From Hydrolagus affinis (lineage: Eukaryota): a stretch of DNA of 64,000 bases. The notes under the pieces were generated by a model. The model ran no database searches. It worked only from the letters and a program-made list of their open reading frames with translations, and was not told where the DNA came from. Every line of letters begins with the position of its first letter. The first letter of the stretch is position 1. Location: contig JAAILG010000095.1 of the NCBI GenBank assembly GCA_012026655.1, forward strand, positions 62,001-126,000, read 5' to 3'. The position numbers and the translations under genes were made by a program. This document shows, piece by piece, positions 49,246 to 62,068 of this stretch.

Positions 49246-50454
49246 GAGCAATACTGCCTATTCCTCTGTCAAACATCCGTATTGGAACATAACAGATACT
49301 ACTTGGGATTTGTTGCACCTCATTTGCAAATTAAAGACATTTGAAATCAAACCCTATTACCCACTGTCGCAGCCAGATGGAACTGTGCTTTGATTACTGT
49401 ATTTAGAAATTGGAATGCAAAATAGCTTTTTTTTAAACTCCCTTTGAAACTCACAGTAAGACACAGTCTGGAAATATTGGCTGGGTGGCTGAGCAATGTG
49501 ATGTGTGTGTGAGCGGTAATGTTCCTATCACTTGTGATGCGAGATGCAAGCTCTAATGTGCATCAATGGTGGATAAAGGGAGATTGTTCATATGTGTGCG
49601 TTTTTAAAAAAGCTTTACAGATCAAAGTTTGTTACCGATGGAAATGTCTTCTCTCTCCTCCTCAGCCCTCTCATTTTCATTTTGGAAGGACAGGAAATCA
49701 AAAACTTAATACAGTAGATTGTTAGATTGTAACAATACCCTTTAGATTGGTGATTTTTAAGTCTTGCTGATCTCTTTTAAAATATATTCTTGTCTGCTTT
49801 GGGAAAATTGAATACCACCATTCCTGTATTATATCAAGTTGTAACCTGCCTCATGGAGTTTTCTTTCTTAGCCTGAAGGTGATGTTAAGCTTGATAAATG
49901 GACATTTGAGTTTGCCAAGCGCAATAGCTTCATGTACGTTTCACGTAGCTTTGGCGAATATAGTGTCTATCTTGAGTTTATTTTTCTCACTAAGCTTCTC
50001 CTAAAGGTTTTTAATTCCATATTGCTTCCACTGAGATAGAGTTTCATGGGTACTGGTTGCTTTTATCTACTTTCTCCTGGTGACCATAATTCATGAATGA
50101 GCCTTCAACATCAATTGCCAACATTTTATGTAGACGTGGAAGGAGATTGGGAAGAGAGAAAATCTCAACAAACACTTATATACTCCCAGAATCGGTTCTT
50201 GATATCAGGCAGGGAACCCAGTTGTGGGTTCAAGCAGCATCCTAGCTGATATCAACCAACGTAGCACATGCCAGGGAATGAACCTATGACCTCTGCCTGT
50301 ATGGTGCAGCTGTGTACTGGATAAACTTACTGAAGCATATTTAAGTACCCACATCATCTGAATTTTGAGTGATTTATCCAATGTGTCATCAGGCTGTGTA
50401 GTACCTGTACAGTAACTGACATTTGCAAAATGCAGAAGGGATTAAGGCATAGGC

Positions 50455-50745
50455 CAGCAGTTCTCAACTAGGGGTACATGTACCCCAGGGGGTATAAAAT
50501 TACCAGGGGGAAGAGGTAATGGTACATTGATTTATTTAGCTCCCTTATTTAGCGTTTTATAGCCTTCCAAATTGTACATTTAATTGTTATTCCCTAGTTT
50601 TGTATGTGCCAGTTATTTTGTTATATAAGAAAATGGAAGTAGAATGAGGGCGGTGGTATGTGTGTGTATGTGGTTGGGTGGGGGTACAAGAATAATGTTG
50701 AAAATTAACAAGGGATGCATCACTGAAAAAGGTTGAGAACCACTG
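50455..50745. mobile_element. hAT-Charlie MITE with 8-bp TSD
   Basis: TIRs CAGCAGTTCTCAAC and GTTGAGAACCACTG. TSD GCATAGGC (50447-50454) and GCGTAGGC (50746-50753). Confidence 0.92.
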
Positions 50746-52479
50746 GCGTAGGCCCTCTATTGGAACAGGATAGCCCATTGTGCCACCAGATTGTTTGAGG
50801 AAATATGTAAATTTGTGTGTAAACAATGTATTGATTGATTCTTTATATTCTTTATATTCTTTATATTAATTATATAAATGAATTGTGAAAGAATTGGTGT
50901 GGGATAGATCAATCTCCATTGCATGTGTTGCCTTCTCGTCTTTGCTGCCATGGCTATTTGAACTGATGTAATTCTTGGAACTATAGATTTCAAGATTCTT
51001 CTGAGTAAACCCTATATTTTAAGCATGTGCAGTTAAATTATTTTCAAATACTCTCAAGTGAGCAATTTGTTAGAAAAGAAACTGGAGAGGAAGCTTCTCC
51101 TCCGCTATAGTTGTAGGATTCAGCCACTGTCCTGGCCACGTCTATGCACAATATATTTTCAGCAGCGAGTTTTCTGGACTGGTAGGTGTGGGTAGGACAT
51201 CTGCAGTTGGTGAAGAGAAATTGACATTTTGGTTCAAATTGCCGCCTTTGTTGACCTAGGGAGGACGTTTGGATTAGAAGCGTGTATTGGCTGCAGCTGT
51301 ACGTTGTCCTTCTCTGTGACTCGGGGGTCATACTGTATAGTAGGAAAGTGAGTGGTTGTGAAAGGAAATGCATAATAATAATATAATGCCTTTGTTCCCA
51401 AGAGTAGTCCAAGTCTTGGTAGTTATTTGCATTCCGCATAGTGCAGTGTCTCACTGCCACTCATCTGTATGCTGTTCCTGTTCCACAACATCTCAAGCCT
51501 GTGAGCACAGACAATACACCATCTCTTTGTGCTGTTTGAATCTCTGTAAACCCTGAATGCATGTGAAGGTCCATTGTCGCGCTGTACCAGCTGACTCTGC
51601 ACCTCAACAACAGCACTGATGCTTTGTGCCATAGGTTTCTATGGGGGTAGGGACCCTTGCACGATGTGCAATCCTTCCACTGGCAATCACATTATGTCCT
51701 TCCATAGTTAAAAGTACAGCTTGTCAAAGTAATGGCTGATTTCACTGCAAATACCAGAACTGTACTGCTATTGAGGTATGTTGTTCATTGGTTTCAGTCT
51801 CATGCTTGCAAAACAGTTTTGGAGTTTTCATTACAAATCATTGCCCACTGTGTTGATGACATCTGCAGATTTCCATTTCATTTATTTTATGATCGCTGCA
51901 GTATTCTATGGAGTTTTTTTTAATTAAATTTCCTATTTTACATTAATTTGACTGGGAACAGAACGTAAAAGGGAATTACTAGTAAAAATGTTTTCCTGAC
52001 TGGTTGTAAATAGGATATGTTAATGGAAGGGCTAGCTTTATTGGAGTGGGTAACAAATGGAAGTCTGGAGAATCTGAGAGGCAAAGAACGGGATGGATAA
52101 TTTACCTCAGGATATAGTACTGTTGGCTATAAATACCGAGTTGCAAAAATTACAGTAACTGTACTTCTGGTAGTAGATTTAATCCAACATTTGGGTTTCC
52201 AACCATATAACAAAAATATTACAAAACCTCTTCATGATCCTGTGTGTAGCTCTAGTGTAAATTCTGAGATTCGTCGAAATTAAATGGATGTACGTACTTA
52301 GAATGACCTAAGCTCAGAGCACTTTGTGATACGTAAATGAATTTTATAATGTATGCTTAGGGAGAAACCTCAATCCCAACCCTGTACAAATGGGGAATAG
52401 AAAGGAATCATCTTGTTTCATGAGTGAATGCATTTTACTTCTGGTTTAAAATGTATTCTGTTGTGTGTGTTTCAAAGAT

Positions 52480-52700
52480 TTGTGGAGTAGTAGATAGACA
52501 CTTAGGAAATAAGAATATTAAGTGGTGTGAAAAAGGTTAGGGAAATTGGATTAAATGGTCTACTGGGACCTGCAGCAGCAGCAACAACAACAACGTGCAT
52601 TAACATAGTGCCTTTCACATAAGGTATTATCTTGTTTAAAATCTACAAAAATGGCGGACCTAAGGACTCAATGGACTGAATGCTCTTTTCTTAAATTACC
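52480..52700 (+). mobile_element. Decayed CR1 3' end with an inserted minus-strand L2 tail (about 52575-52625)
   Basis: GTAGATAGACACTTAGGAAATAAGAATATTAAG..GACTCAATGGACTGAATGCTC, plus (CAG/CAA)n CGTGCATTAACATAGTGCCTTTCAC. Confidence 0.5.
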
Positions 52701-53974
52701 ATGCGGTGTACTCACTAAGTAATTAATTCAAAAATTGGGGCGATGGTGTAGGCAAAGTGACTCACCATTGTAGAGTAATGTAACCATCACATGATCGGAG
52801 GCCAAATTCCTGTTGGAAAGTGTAATTGAGAATAAAAGATTAGGTTATACTGGACAAAACTGGTTTCTGCGGAATTTGTAAGGATGGTTTTCTGGTGCTA
52901 AGAAGAATCCACAGTTCTGAAGATGGATTTAAAAACAAGCCCGGGAATATCAGAGATCTCACAATGATGATTGCATAATTTAATGGTTTGCAGAGGCGCT
53001 TTCAGAAGAGAATTACTCAGTCCTTAGTTTCAGTCACTGTTGGGGAATCATGTAAAAGATTGGGAGGGTGGTGGGGGGTGATTGAGCTGCTGAGGAATTT
53101 TTGAAGAACAAAAAGTTTTTCGCAGCCGATTCCACAAGAACCATTTGCACAGCCCGTCAGTCCAGTCAAGTGACTGGTCAATCACTGTCTGATATTTTGT
53201 AAGAGGTTTGCAATCATTTAGGCTGTTGGATCTCACGGACAGAGGTATTTGTGCAGTGAATTGAAATGTGGATCCCATGTCAGCGTTTGTCAGCGATAGA
53301 TACACAGACCGACAGATCTAACTTGTAATTTGAAGTTGTTTTTTTATAGCTGTATTGCATCAAAATATATAAAAATGGTTGCAATATGAAGTCTCTATCC
53401 CCTGAAGGTTCAGACCTCAGTCAAACAGTTTGCTGAGTAACCCTGCATCAGCAATATTGGTTTGATGTACTGGATTTCTCTGGTAACCCCTGGTGAAATG
53501 CTCTTGTGTCAATCCTAAATGATATAATAACAATTATAATAATAATAATGACGATAAATCTTGCATTTGAAATGTGCACGTTTTAGCACTTTCCTGGACA
53601 TTTACCGCTTACAAATCCAGTAGATCTGCCCTGAGAAGCAGCTTGAAACTTGGATGTGATGTCCTCTTTACTTTCTGTTCTTGTCCAGGAAGCAGCCGGC
53701 TAAAAGTGAACCTCCCAATTCCCGCTGATCCACAAAGAATGTGGGAAAGTCACCCTGCTCGTATCTCATCTTCATGGATTGGACAATGATCTTATGATTC
53801 TAACAGAAGACTTGTTTTGGAACAAGGCTTTCAGGTCTATGAGCAAAGTAGGTTGAGGCTGAGTCATTGTGAGTTATCTCACAGCCATCCAATAAGAAGA
53901 GTCATCACAACACATCAAAGAGGATCTCCTAGCTATTTGACTCAGCTTGATTCTGGCCAGCCTGAACCAAACAA

Positions 53975-55565
53975 TAGAACAACGATGAAATTACATTTGT
54001 ATAGCGTCTTTTATATCAGAAGGACATCCCAAGGTGCTGAACAGTTAGTGTTTCAGGCCCGATTTGGGATCAGGGAGGGTGGAGGGGATTTAGGGTGACC
54101 AGTGGGACCGTCGAAGATGAGTGACTTGAGGCGGAAATCGAAGGAGGCTAGGGAGGAGCGAGGCGAGGGGATTGCAGGATAGAATTCTAGAGGTTGGGTC
54201 AGAGTGATTGAAGGCTCGTCCGCCGATAGTGGGGCAGGTGAGTTTGGGGACATGGAGCATGCCGGAGTCCACCGAGCATAGAGAGCGGGTGGGTTGGTAG
54301 GGGGTTAGGAGGTCACAGAAGGTGGAGGTGGACCAAAGCCAAGAAAGGCTTTAAGGGTGTGGACGAGGATCTTGAATTGAATCCTCTGGATTATCTGCAG
54401 CCTATGGAGGGAGGAATTGGGAAGGCAGATAAACATTGGTGTGATCAAGCCTGGATGTGATGAAGGCATGAATGAGAGTTTCAGCGGCTTGAGGGGTGAG
54501 GTAGTGGCGGAGTCTGGCAATGTTGCCGAGGTGAGGGAAAGCAGAGCGGGTCATGACTTGAATGTAAGGGAGGATGTTGAAGATCGAACAAGACATCTAG
54601 ATTCCTGACTGGCTTAGTGAGGTGGAGTGTGCAAACATGGAGGTTGATGTTGCCGGTGCCTGAAGTATGAAAGTGCTGGAGTGAGCCATTCAGGAGGGCC
54701 TTGGTCTTGTTGACATTCAACTGTAGACATTTAGCTCTCATCCAGGACTTGATGTCTGATAGGCAGACTGTCAGGAAAGCAGTGGTCCTGGAATCGAGGA
54801 TAGAAACGGAAAGATAGAGTTGGGTGTCATCCTCATACATGTGGAAGTTGACCCCATGTCTGCAGATGATGTCGCCAAGGGGGAGCATGTAGATATTGAA
54901 ATGTAGGGGGCCAAGGATAGGGCCTTAGGAGACGCCACAGGTGACAGTGCGGGGGCTGGAGGAGAAGCCATTGGTGGCACAAAGTGGAGACAGTGAGATA
55001 GATAAGAGTCGAACTAGGCGAGGGAAGGTTGAAGATTGAGTTGGGAGGAGAGGTGGTGTAGGAGGATGGAGTGGTCGACAGTGTCGAAGGCAGCAGAGAG
55101 GTCAATGAGGCAGAGCACACCGCGATCACAGATTTTTAAAATATCATTAGAGACTTTGTTCAGGGCCTGTCTCTGTGCTATGAGCAGCACGGAAGCCAGA
55201 TTTTAGGGGTTCAACGAGACAATGGCGAGAAAGGAATGAGCGAAGCTGGGAAACAACAACCTGTTCCAGGGCCATGGAGAGGAATAGGAGTTTGGAGATT
55301 GGGCGGTAGCTGGAGATTAGGAATGGGTCCAAGGAAGGTTTTTTCAGGATTGGGGTGATGACAGCAGTTTTTAGATGGGTGGGAACAGTGCCAGTGGATA
55401 AGGAGAGGTTGATGATGTTGGTTAGGAGTGGGGTTAGGAGGTGGAGCTGGGAGATGAGAGGTAGGGATGGGGTCAAAGTAGTGGGTGGTGGGTTTCATTT
55501 TCCAGATGAGAGCAGAGGGAGAGATAGGGTCAAAGGTGTATAGTGGGGGTTGGGGCGGTGGATCA
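53975..55565 (-). mobile_element. About 1.6-kb L2 LINE (ORF2 RT remnant plus 3' UTR)
   Basis: The antisense encodes LKTAVITPILKKPSLDP..YRPISKL, SGFRAAHSTET, PLGDIICRHGVNFHMYEDDTQLYLS, LQLNVNKTK and [14 protein letters not shown]. Confidence 0.95.
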
Positions 55566-55724
55566 TGGGAGAGGTAATGGTCGGGGAGTGGTAGAGGTGG
55601 CTGAATGGATCCCCTCAATTTTAGATTCAGCAATGCAGCAAAATACTGACTCTTCATCTCACAATTCCAAACTATTACAGTCGCATGGAATTGTAATAGT
55701 CCTGCTACAACTACATTGGGCGTT

Positions 55725-55787
55725 AGCCAAGGTTGTCACATCTTCCTGATGTGAAAGGCGCTCTATAAATGTAATTTAGTTGTTGTA
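55725..55787 (+). mobile_element. L2 3' tail
   Basis: TCCTGATGTGAAAGGCGCTCTATAAATGTAATTTAGTTGTTG. Confidence 0.7.
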
Positions 55788-58700
55788 GTCTTGTCTAAGT
55801 CTCAAAGACTTAATGAGCTGGGGAGGCTAGAGTTTACTCTGGGCCTACCTAGCTATTGTGCCAGGAATATGTTCTAAAATCCAGGTCAGCCCCAGAGAGA
55901 TCTGCTTATCCCCCCAACTCTGAGGATATTTTTAATGTGGTACTCCCATTATTTACCTCAGATGGTTGAAGGGCTTTGTATATTCAAGCTCAGAATCTTC
56001 AAAATAGGCTGAGTTACCCAGAAAGGCTTGCTATTGGAGAAAGCCCAACATGGATCAACACTGGAGAGCATAACTCTCAGGAGATTCCACACTGTATCTA
56101 TATCTCTCCTCCATCGAAGAGGTATACAAAGTCTTGTAATGAACGGTTGAGCATAAAGCATTGTCGACTATCTTGGTCCCAGAATTCTGTAGTAAGATCA
56201 CTATGTTTGTGGTCAGCCAGTACATGTGGCATGTTTCCACATTTCCATGCTTAAGACAATTCTCCCAAGTAGGATTACACAATGCTCTTTCAAATGAATG
56301 AAGGTGGGTCTCAATATGCATCAGCAAGTGCATGGGTGTTTTATCCCCTTGAGAAAAGCCAGCATATAGGGTATTGAATAGGCAATGTCCTTCAACATCC
56401 ATTTGACCTATATAACTGAGGCTTCTGAGCGCAATTGACCAAATGAAAGTCAAATGGTGGACAGAGATATCATTCTTTTGGCTGTCTGACAACAGCTACA
56501 TTGGGAAACAAGCTAATTTGAGTCTTGCACTGGCAAGCCCATCTGTCCAAAATGGAACAGCATGGCAGGGTGCAATCTGAAAAAAAAAGTACAGTACAGG
56601 TTTGATCATGTTTTCTAAGGGGACTGTGTGGCTCTCCCCTCTCTGGTGAGGTATCAACTAGAACCTTTTACCTTGATATGTTAGTCAAGGTCACTCACAA
56701 AACCTGCCTGTGTTGTAATGAAATCCCTTGTTGCTGGCTGGTAATTTAAAAATGATATTGGCGTAAAGCCCAGTAAAAATTTTGTCTATATAGTAGCTTA
56801 TTTTTATTCCTGCATTGTTTTAGTGTTTGGGGTAAATCTTGTGATTTCAAAATTCTCAAGTCTTGTGGTTATCTAATATTCCATTTGCTTTACATTTTTA
56901 TTGCCTTTCTTAATGATTGACGCTCCTTATAAAAGGAGCTTTTTATCTGTCTCGTTGGAATTGGAAGAAGCATTAGTGACAGCCCTTCCATCTAGCTGAC
57001 AAGTAAAATAACTGAAGAATGGCATTACAGGCAAGTTCCCCAAGAGGATAAGCTTTCCTTTCGAAGTTCGGTTTGATCTGATAGCGTTGTAACCTCCAGG
57101 ATGGTGATTATGGACATTGTAACTGCCTTGTTTAAAATGGCTGAGCTCTGCTAGTCAGAATGACAAAACACAGCCTGTACTATATATGCTAACAATGCAA
57201 GATATTTTTTTTATCCCCATTTTCTTCCTAACCATTGTAGCAGTGGTCACATTTCAGATGATTTGAAATAAAACATCTGTGCAGAGTAGGGAATCTGATG
57301 TTAGGATTCATTTGTTTTCCACTTATGGAAAGCTGAAGGTTCCCAAATATTGCTTGTCCAGTTGTGTTACTGGAGTGGTTTAAAATATTTATTCCAAAGT
57401 GATGTCAATATACAGTTACTTGTATGGATTACTGTGAGAGGATTCCATCATCTGTGGAGCCTGATTTTCTGCTAGCTATTTGTGTGCCGGACCTCTTGTA
57501 TCTGAGCAATACAGTGGGATTTTAAACCAGCATTCTCATAGTACAATGCATGACTTTGGTGAAGGTCACACGCTGAGGAGATTAAAATCCTTCTGTAGGG
57601 TGTATGCTGTTGGACTTCCTCTTGCTTGGTTAATGGTTGACCTAGTTCTGTTACCATATGCTTCCTGAAACACTTTGTGTTTCAGTAGCTGTGCTGAATT
57701 CAAGAGTAGGAAAATATTACAGGGCTAACCTTATTCCAAACTAAAAGCATTATGGATTAAGAGGAATTTGGAGATGAAACATTCCTTTCAAGGAAGATAT
57801 ACTCAATTTACCCATTTTTACTGCATGGGTAGTTTGAATCAAATGGTATGTGTGGGGGAATGCACCTTGCCTTTTAAGAGCACAATTTTAAAGTGCGAGT
57901 TTATCAACCATGAACTTAAGCCTGATAATGTCAAGAAAACTTCATTTGAATTCTCCAGACGTTCTGCATTCTTTGGCACTTCTCAGGTCACCAAACTGTG
58001 GGGCAGCGCAAAACCATTTCAACACTAGGCACTCTGTTAATGGGAATGTTTGTTTGGGCAACAGTCCAATTTCCCACATTTCTGATGTTTGCTTAGCAGA
58101 AACAATTGGATAAAATGAATGTTTTGCTCACAATGGGGTGTGGTAGTAAAGTTACTGTAGGTGGGAAATATTCATTCCATTCTGGTCTTGCACATTTTGA
58201 GGAGTCATGCATTGAAAGAGAGGTTGCACATCTATGATTGTGTTTATTTTCAGTGTAAAGTCATAGACCAAAGACCAAAGAGGTGAATCTCATAACCACT
58301 GGATCCTGAGTGGTGCTGAGCAGCCATTTCAATCCCAATAACCTCTTCAGTCAACCAGCATAATTAGATAAAGTGCATATGATCAACTGAGAGCCACTCC
58401 TTTAAATTCATTTCAGAGCAATGTGGTACAATATTGTGCATCGCCAATGGAAAACCTTTGTCAATAATTTAGAAAAATATGAGGTAATGAAGAAATTTTA
58501 AGCATTTTATTCCATTTAGCAATTTTTCTACTTTATGATTATCTTATCATCCTCAAAATATCTTGGATATCCCAGTTTGATTTTCTTAATGTATTAATAC
58601 TAAGAAGAACACACTTTTCCAATGTGATTTTTATAGAATATATTTTTGAGATTGTACACCTACATTTATACAGAGCAGTTTTGCATTTGATATTGTCTGG

Positions 58701-59983
58701 GAGATCGATCTCAGTGTTTTCCGAATGATCTGAGTAGAATTGATACTTGATTGGGATTTCTTGTACAAATTCCAGATGTTCTACACTACATACACCTACA
58801 GTAGTAATTGTCTCATCTCTTGCTCGCTGTGCTGTGATGTCCTGTAGAACATGGTGGTGCATTTTCCTTTACTGTTTGGCCTTTTTGTATATTTCCGTGT
58901 TTGTGATGCTGACCCTCATTTAGTGCATGCTGCAGGATTTCAAAAGCTGTACAGGGTTAAAAAAATAAGTCCAGTGTTGCAAGAGCAGAAAATGACCTGG
59001 AGAAGAAAGACTGCACTATCACTGGACTTCTCACAATGTTGGCAGTGCAATAAAACAAGTCATTGTGTACAATAGGATCTTGTATGAAAATATTGAAAAG
59101 GGTACATTCCATTTTTAAATTAATTTTGTACCTCCTATGAGAATTGGCCGCTGTTCGAATCAACCAAGGAATACTAGAACGATGAGACATCTTCTCAAAG
59201 TGAAATATATATCAAATCAAATATATCAAATGCAAGTATTATTAAGTAGTATATTGGTATCTTCCTTGGATTCAATGTGAAATTCTAGCAAAATGCAAAA
59301 TTAAGCGAAACCTTGGTCGTCAATGTATAAAATGCAGCAACACTGGGAGGTAGAAGTAGAGACAGATAAGACATAGTATAGAGCCTTTACTTCTTGACCA
59401 GGTCAATAGTGGGATGGTTCTTTACTTTTAATGCTATTCCTCCTGAATCTCCAGTGAATACACTAAGTTTAAACAAACAGATAATACACCTTTTACAAAC
59501 TGACTGATGCCTTTTGTGCAGAATTTGGTGTTTTTCCTCTCTTCTCCATCCCCAACATAAGTAAGAATAAACATAGATCGATAGCTATAAAAATTTCATT
59601 AAGAAGTGTTGCCCATGGATTCAGAAGGAGTAAATGAAAATGAGTGGTTGAGATTGTGCTGTACAATAATTAGTCTGTGAATACTTATGATTCAGTCCTG
59701 AGGAGCATTTTGAAGGGCTTTAATCCTGTCCTAGGTTGGTCAGTTTCAGCTTCTTGCAAGAAGTGTGGAGTGAGAGCCTGAGGTCAATAAGAGTTTGAAA
59801 TCTGGAGAGTTGAGCACGTATGGAATGGTTTCTGGCCAAGGACCAAAGATGTACTGATTCAACCACCCTTCTCATGAGATGGCCAATCTTTATGAAACGT
59901 TTCTCAGTGTGGTATGTGAGAATTGTGCTGCAACTGAGTTTATATCTTTGTACAAAATGTCACTACTGTATAATTTTATAATA

Positions 59984-60395
59984 CAGGAAAAGCTTGGTTA
60001 TCCGGCAACCAACCAACCGGCACGCTCAACCAGCCGGTATCTCCCAATACAAGTAAAATTTGAGAAAACACGGTTTTCCTCTTGCGTATGCTCACTTTGC
60101 GCATGCATGTGCATGCGCACTTATTTAAACTTACCGAACGCGATCTTACCGAGTGCACTGTTTTCCAGGCTCATAAACCCTGCATTCGGCAAGGGTTGTC
60201 TACTATTTATATATGCTTTATTGATAAGTATCATACAATATTCTGTTATTTAGTCAATTATTAATATGGTATGTTCTGAAATAAGTTAATTTTTTTATGC
60301 AAGTTTTTTGGCAAATTGCCACTCGAATATCCGGCATATTTGGTTAACCGGCACCGGTCAGGCCCTGAGGGTGCCGGATAACAAAGCTTTTACTG
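59984..60395. mobile_element. Tc1/mariner MITE (about 410-bp subfamily)
   Basis: TA|CAGGAAAAGCTTGGTTATCCGGCA ... TGCCGGATAACAAAGCTTTTACTG|TA. It is the reverse complement of 11313-11724. Confidence 0.92.
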
Positions 60396-61149
60396 TATAT
60401 GGTGTTGCTGATCATGGTCAGTGCTCCTATGGTGAATAACAGCAATTGAGATGAGGCAGTATGTTACCTTGACTTTTTGACATTCTATCATCGCACACTA
60501 AAGATTCACCCACTGATATTGGAAAGTGGGCAACAGATGAATTTCTTTCCAGGAGTCATTTAGAACTTCAATCCAGAAACATAACACTATTACTTGACTT
60601 TTTATTTTTTAGTATATTAGCCTCTGTGGTTTTGGACTGGCAAAGAGTTTATATTTGCACAAAAAATGCATTGGTACAGTTAAAGCAAGGTATATTAATA
60701 TTTTATTTAAAATTCTCTTATCAAAAGACTCATTGAGTGAAATCATCTGGGATCTAACTTGCTGCTAGACTGTAAGGAAGCTGTTGAACATCATTGGACT
60801 TTCTCTCAAAAATGTGCACTAGTAACCTGTCAGGATCTTTTGGCCAGAATCGTTGAGTTAAGACCTTCACAGAGCTGTTTAGGTGTTTCAGTAATCAAGT
60901 ATTTGGGGATTTTGTCTTTGGGGACAGTTCTTGGCTTCTTCAAAAGTGTTGAATTGCGTCATGTTGTGCTACACTAGAGTGAAAAAGTATAGTCCTATAT
61001 TTTGTACAACACATCCATTCATTTCACATTTGTTTTGGGGCTGTTTGACTCCATCTATAAATGTATTTAAATGTACTGATTGCGAGTCCTCTTGCTTTCA
61101 TTTACTAATTTAATGGAAGGAGGGGGTGGGAAAGACTTCTAATTGTCGA

Positions 61150-61220
61150 CAAAAACAAAGGTCCCTGAGAACACTCAGTAGGTCAGGCTGCATCTATGGA
61201 GAAAGGGAAGTGAGTCAACA
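61150..61220 (-). mobile_element. Second fragment of the Penelope-like repeat
   Basis: The antisense GTTGACTCACTTCCCTTTCTCCATAGATGCAGCCTGACCTACTGAG matches 20823-20868. Confidence 0.75.
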
Positions 61221-61254
61221 TAATCAGACAACAAAGTGAGTCAACAGCACCCTA

Positions 61255-62005
61255 AGCACAAGAGCATGGGAAAAGAATGGCCGTTCGGCCCATCTGGTCT
61301 ACTCTGCCCATGATCTTGCAATTCTGTCCCATCCAATCACTTTTATCTTCTTGGGAAATGTATTGTAAAGTGCTCTCAGCCATGAAGAATATTCTTCCAT
61401 CTCACCATTCAACCCTCGGCTTCTACCTCCATTTCCACCCCCACTCCCCCCCCCACCCACCCTTACATATTCTCCAATATTGTTTTCAAAGATGTTTGAA
61501 GGAATTCATTGATGCAGTTTTTATTCTACACATCAGCTATTCTTCGAATGGGAAGAAACATTTCTTTTGATCTACAGGGCTTTTAAACTTTTTTCTATTC
61601 CCCAAGTTCTGCTCTCATGATCCAAGTTAAATATTCCATCTTAAATTCCTGAATCATACCCACCGTCCTATCAATTATTTTTTCAAATGAAAACTCTGCT
61701 CTGCTTTCTTCAGTGATATAGAGCCCAACTGTACAAAATCATCCCCGTTGTTTTTCTTTCTATTGAACGTAAGGTGGCTAAAATGACATACTTCCAAATG
61801 TCGACTTACCATTAAACTATACAGGGGTAGAGAAATACCTCTTTCAACTTGTCCTCAAATTCTTTGCAGAATTACCTACTAGTCACTTGGTATTTAAATT
61901 GCTTGTTGCTTGACTAAAACTACTGAGGGTAATCGACATTCCATACAAATCCTTCCTTCTCTGATGCTAGGGAACACTTCATTATGTATATGTATTTTTG
62001 TGTCT
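61255..62005 (-). mobile_element. Decayed CR1 3' region
   Basis: GGCCGTTCGGCCCATCTGGTCTACTC (3' UTR antisense) and AGAGCCCAACTGTACAAAA (antisense of the 'VQ..' motif). Confidence 0.55.
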
Positions 62006-62011
62006 TGTTCC

Positions 62012-62068
62012 AATGTGGGACGTCCTCCCCACGTGAAAGGCCCTGTATAAATGTAATTTTGTTGTTGT
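62012..62068 (+). mobile_element. L2 3' tail
   Basis: TGGGACGTCCTCCCCACGTGAAAGGCCCTGTATAAATGTAATTTTGTTGTTG. Confidence 0.8.

Noticed and set aside
59690-59880. Faint LF-SINE-like similarity (GGCCAAGGAC..ACCCTTCTC)
   Set aside because: The match is too short to distinguish from chance.
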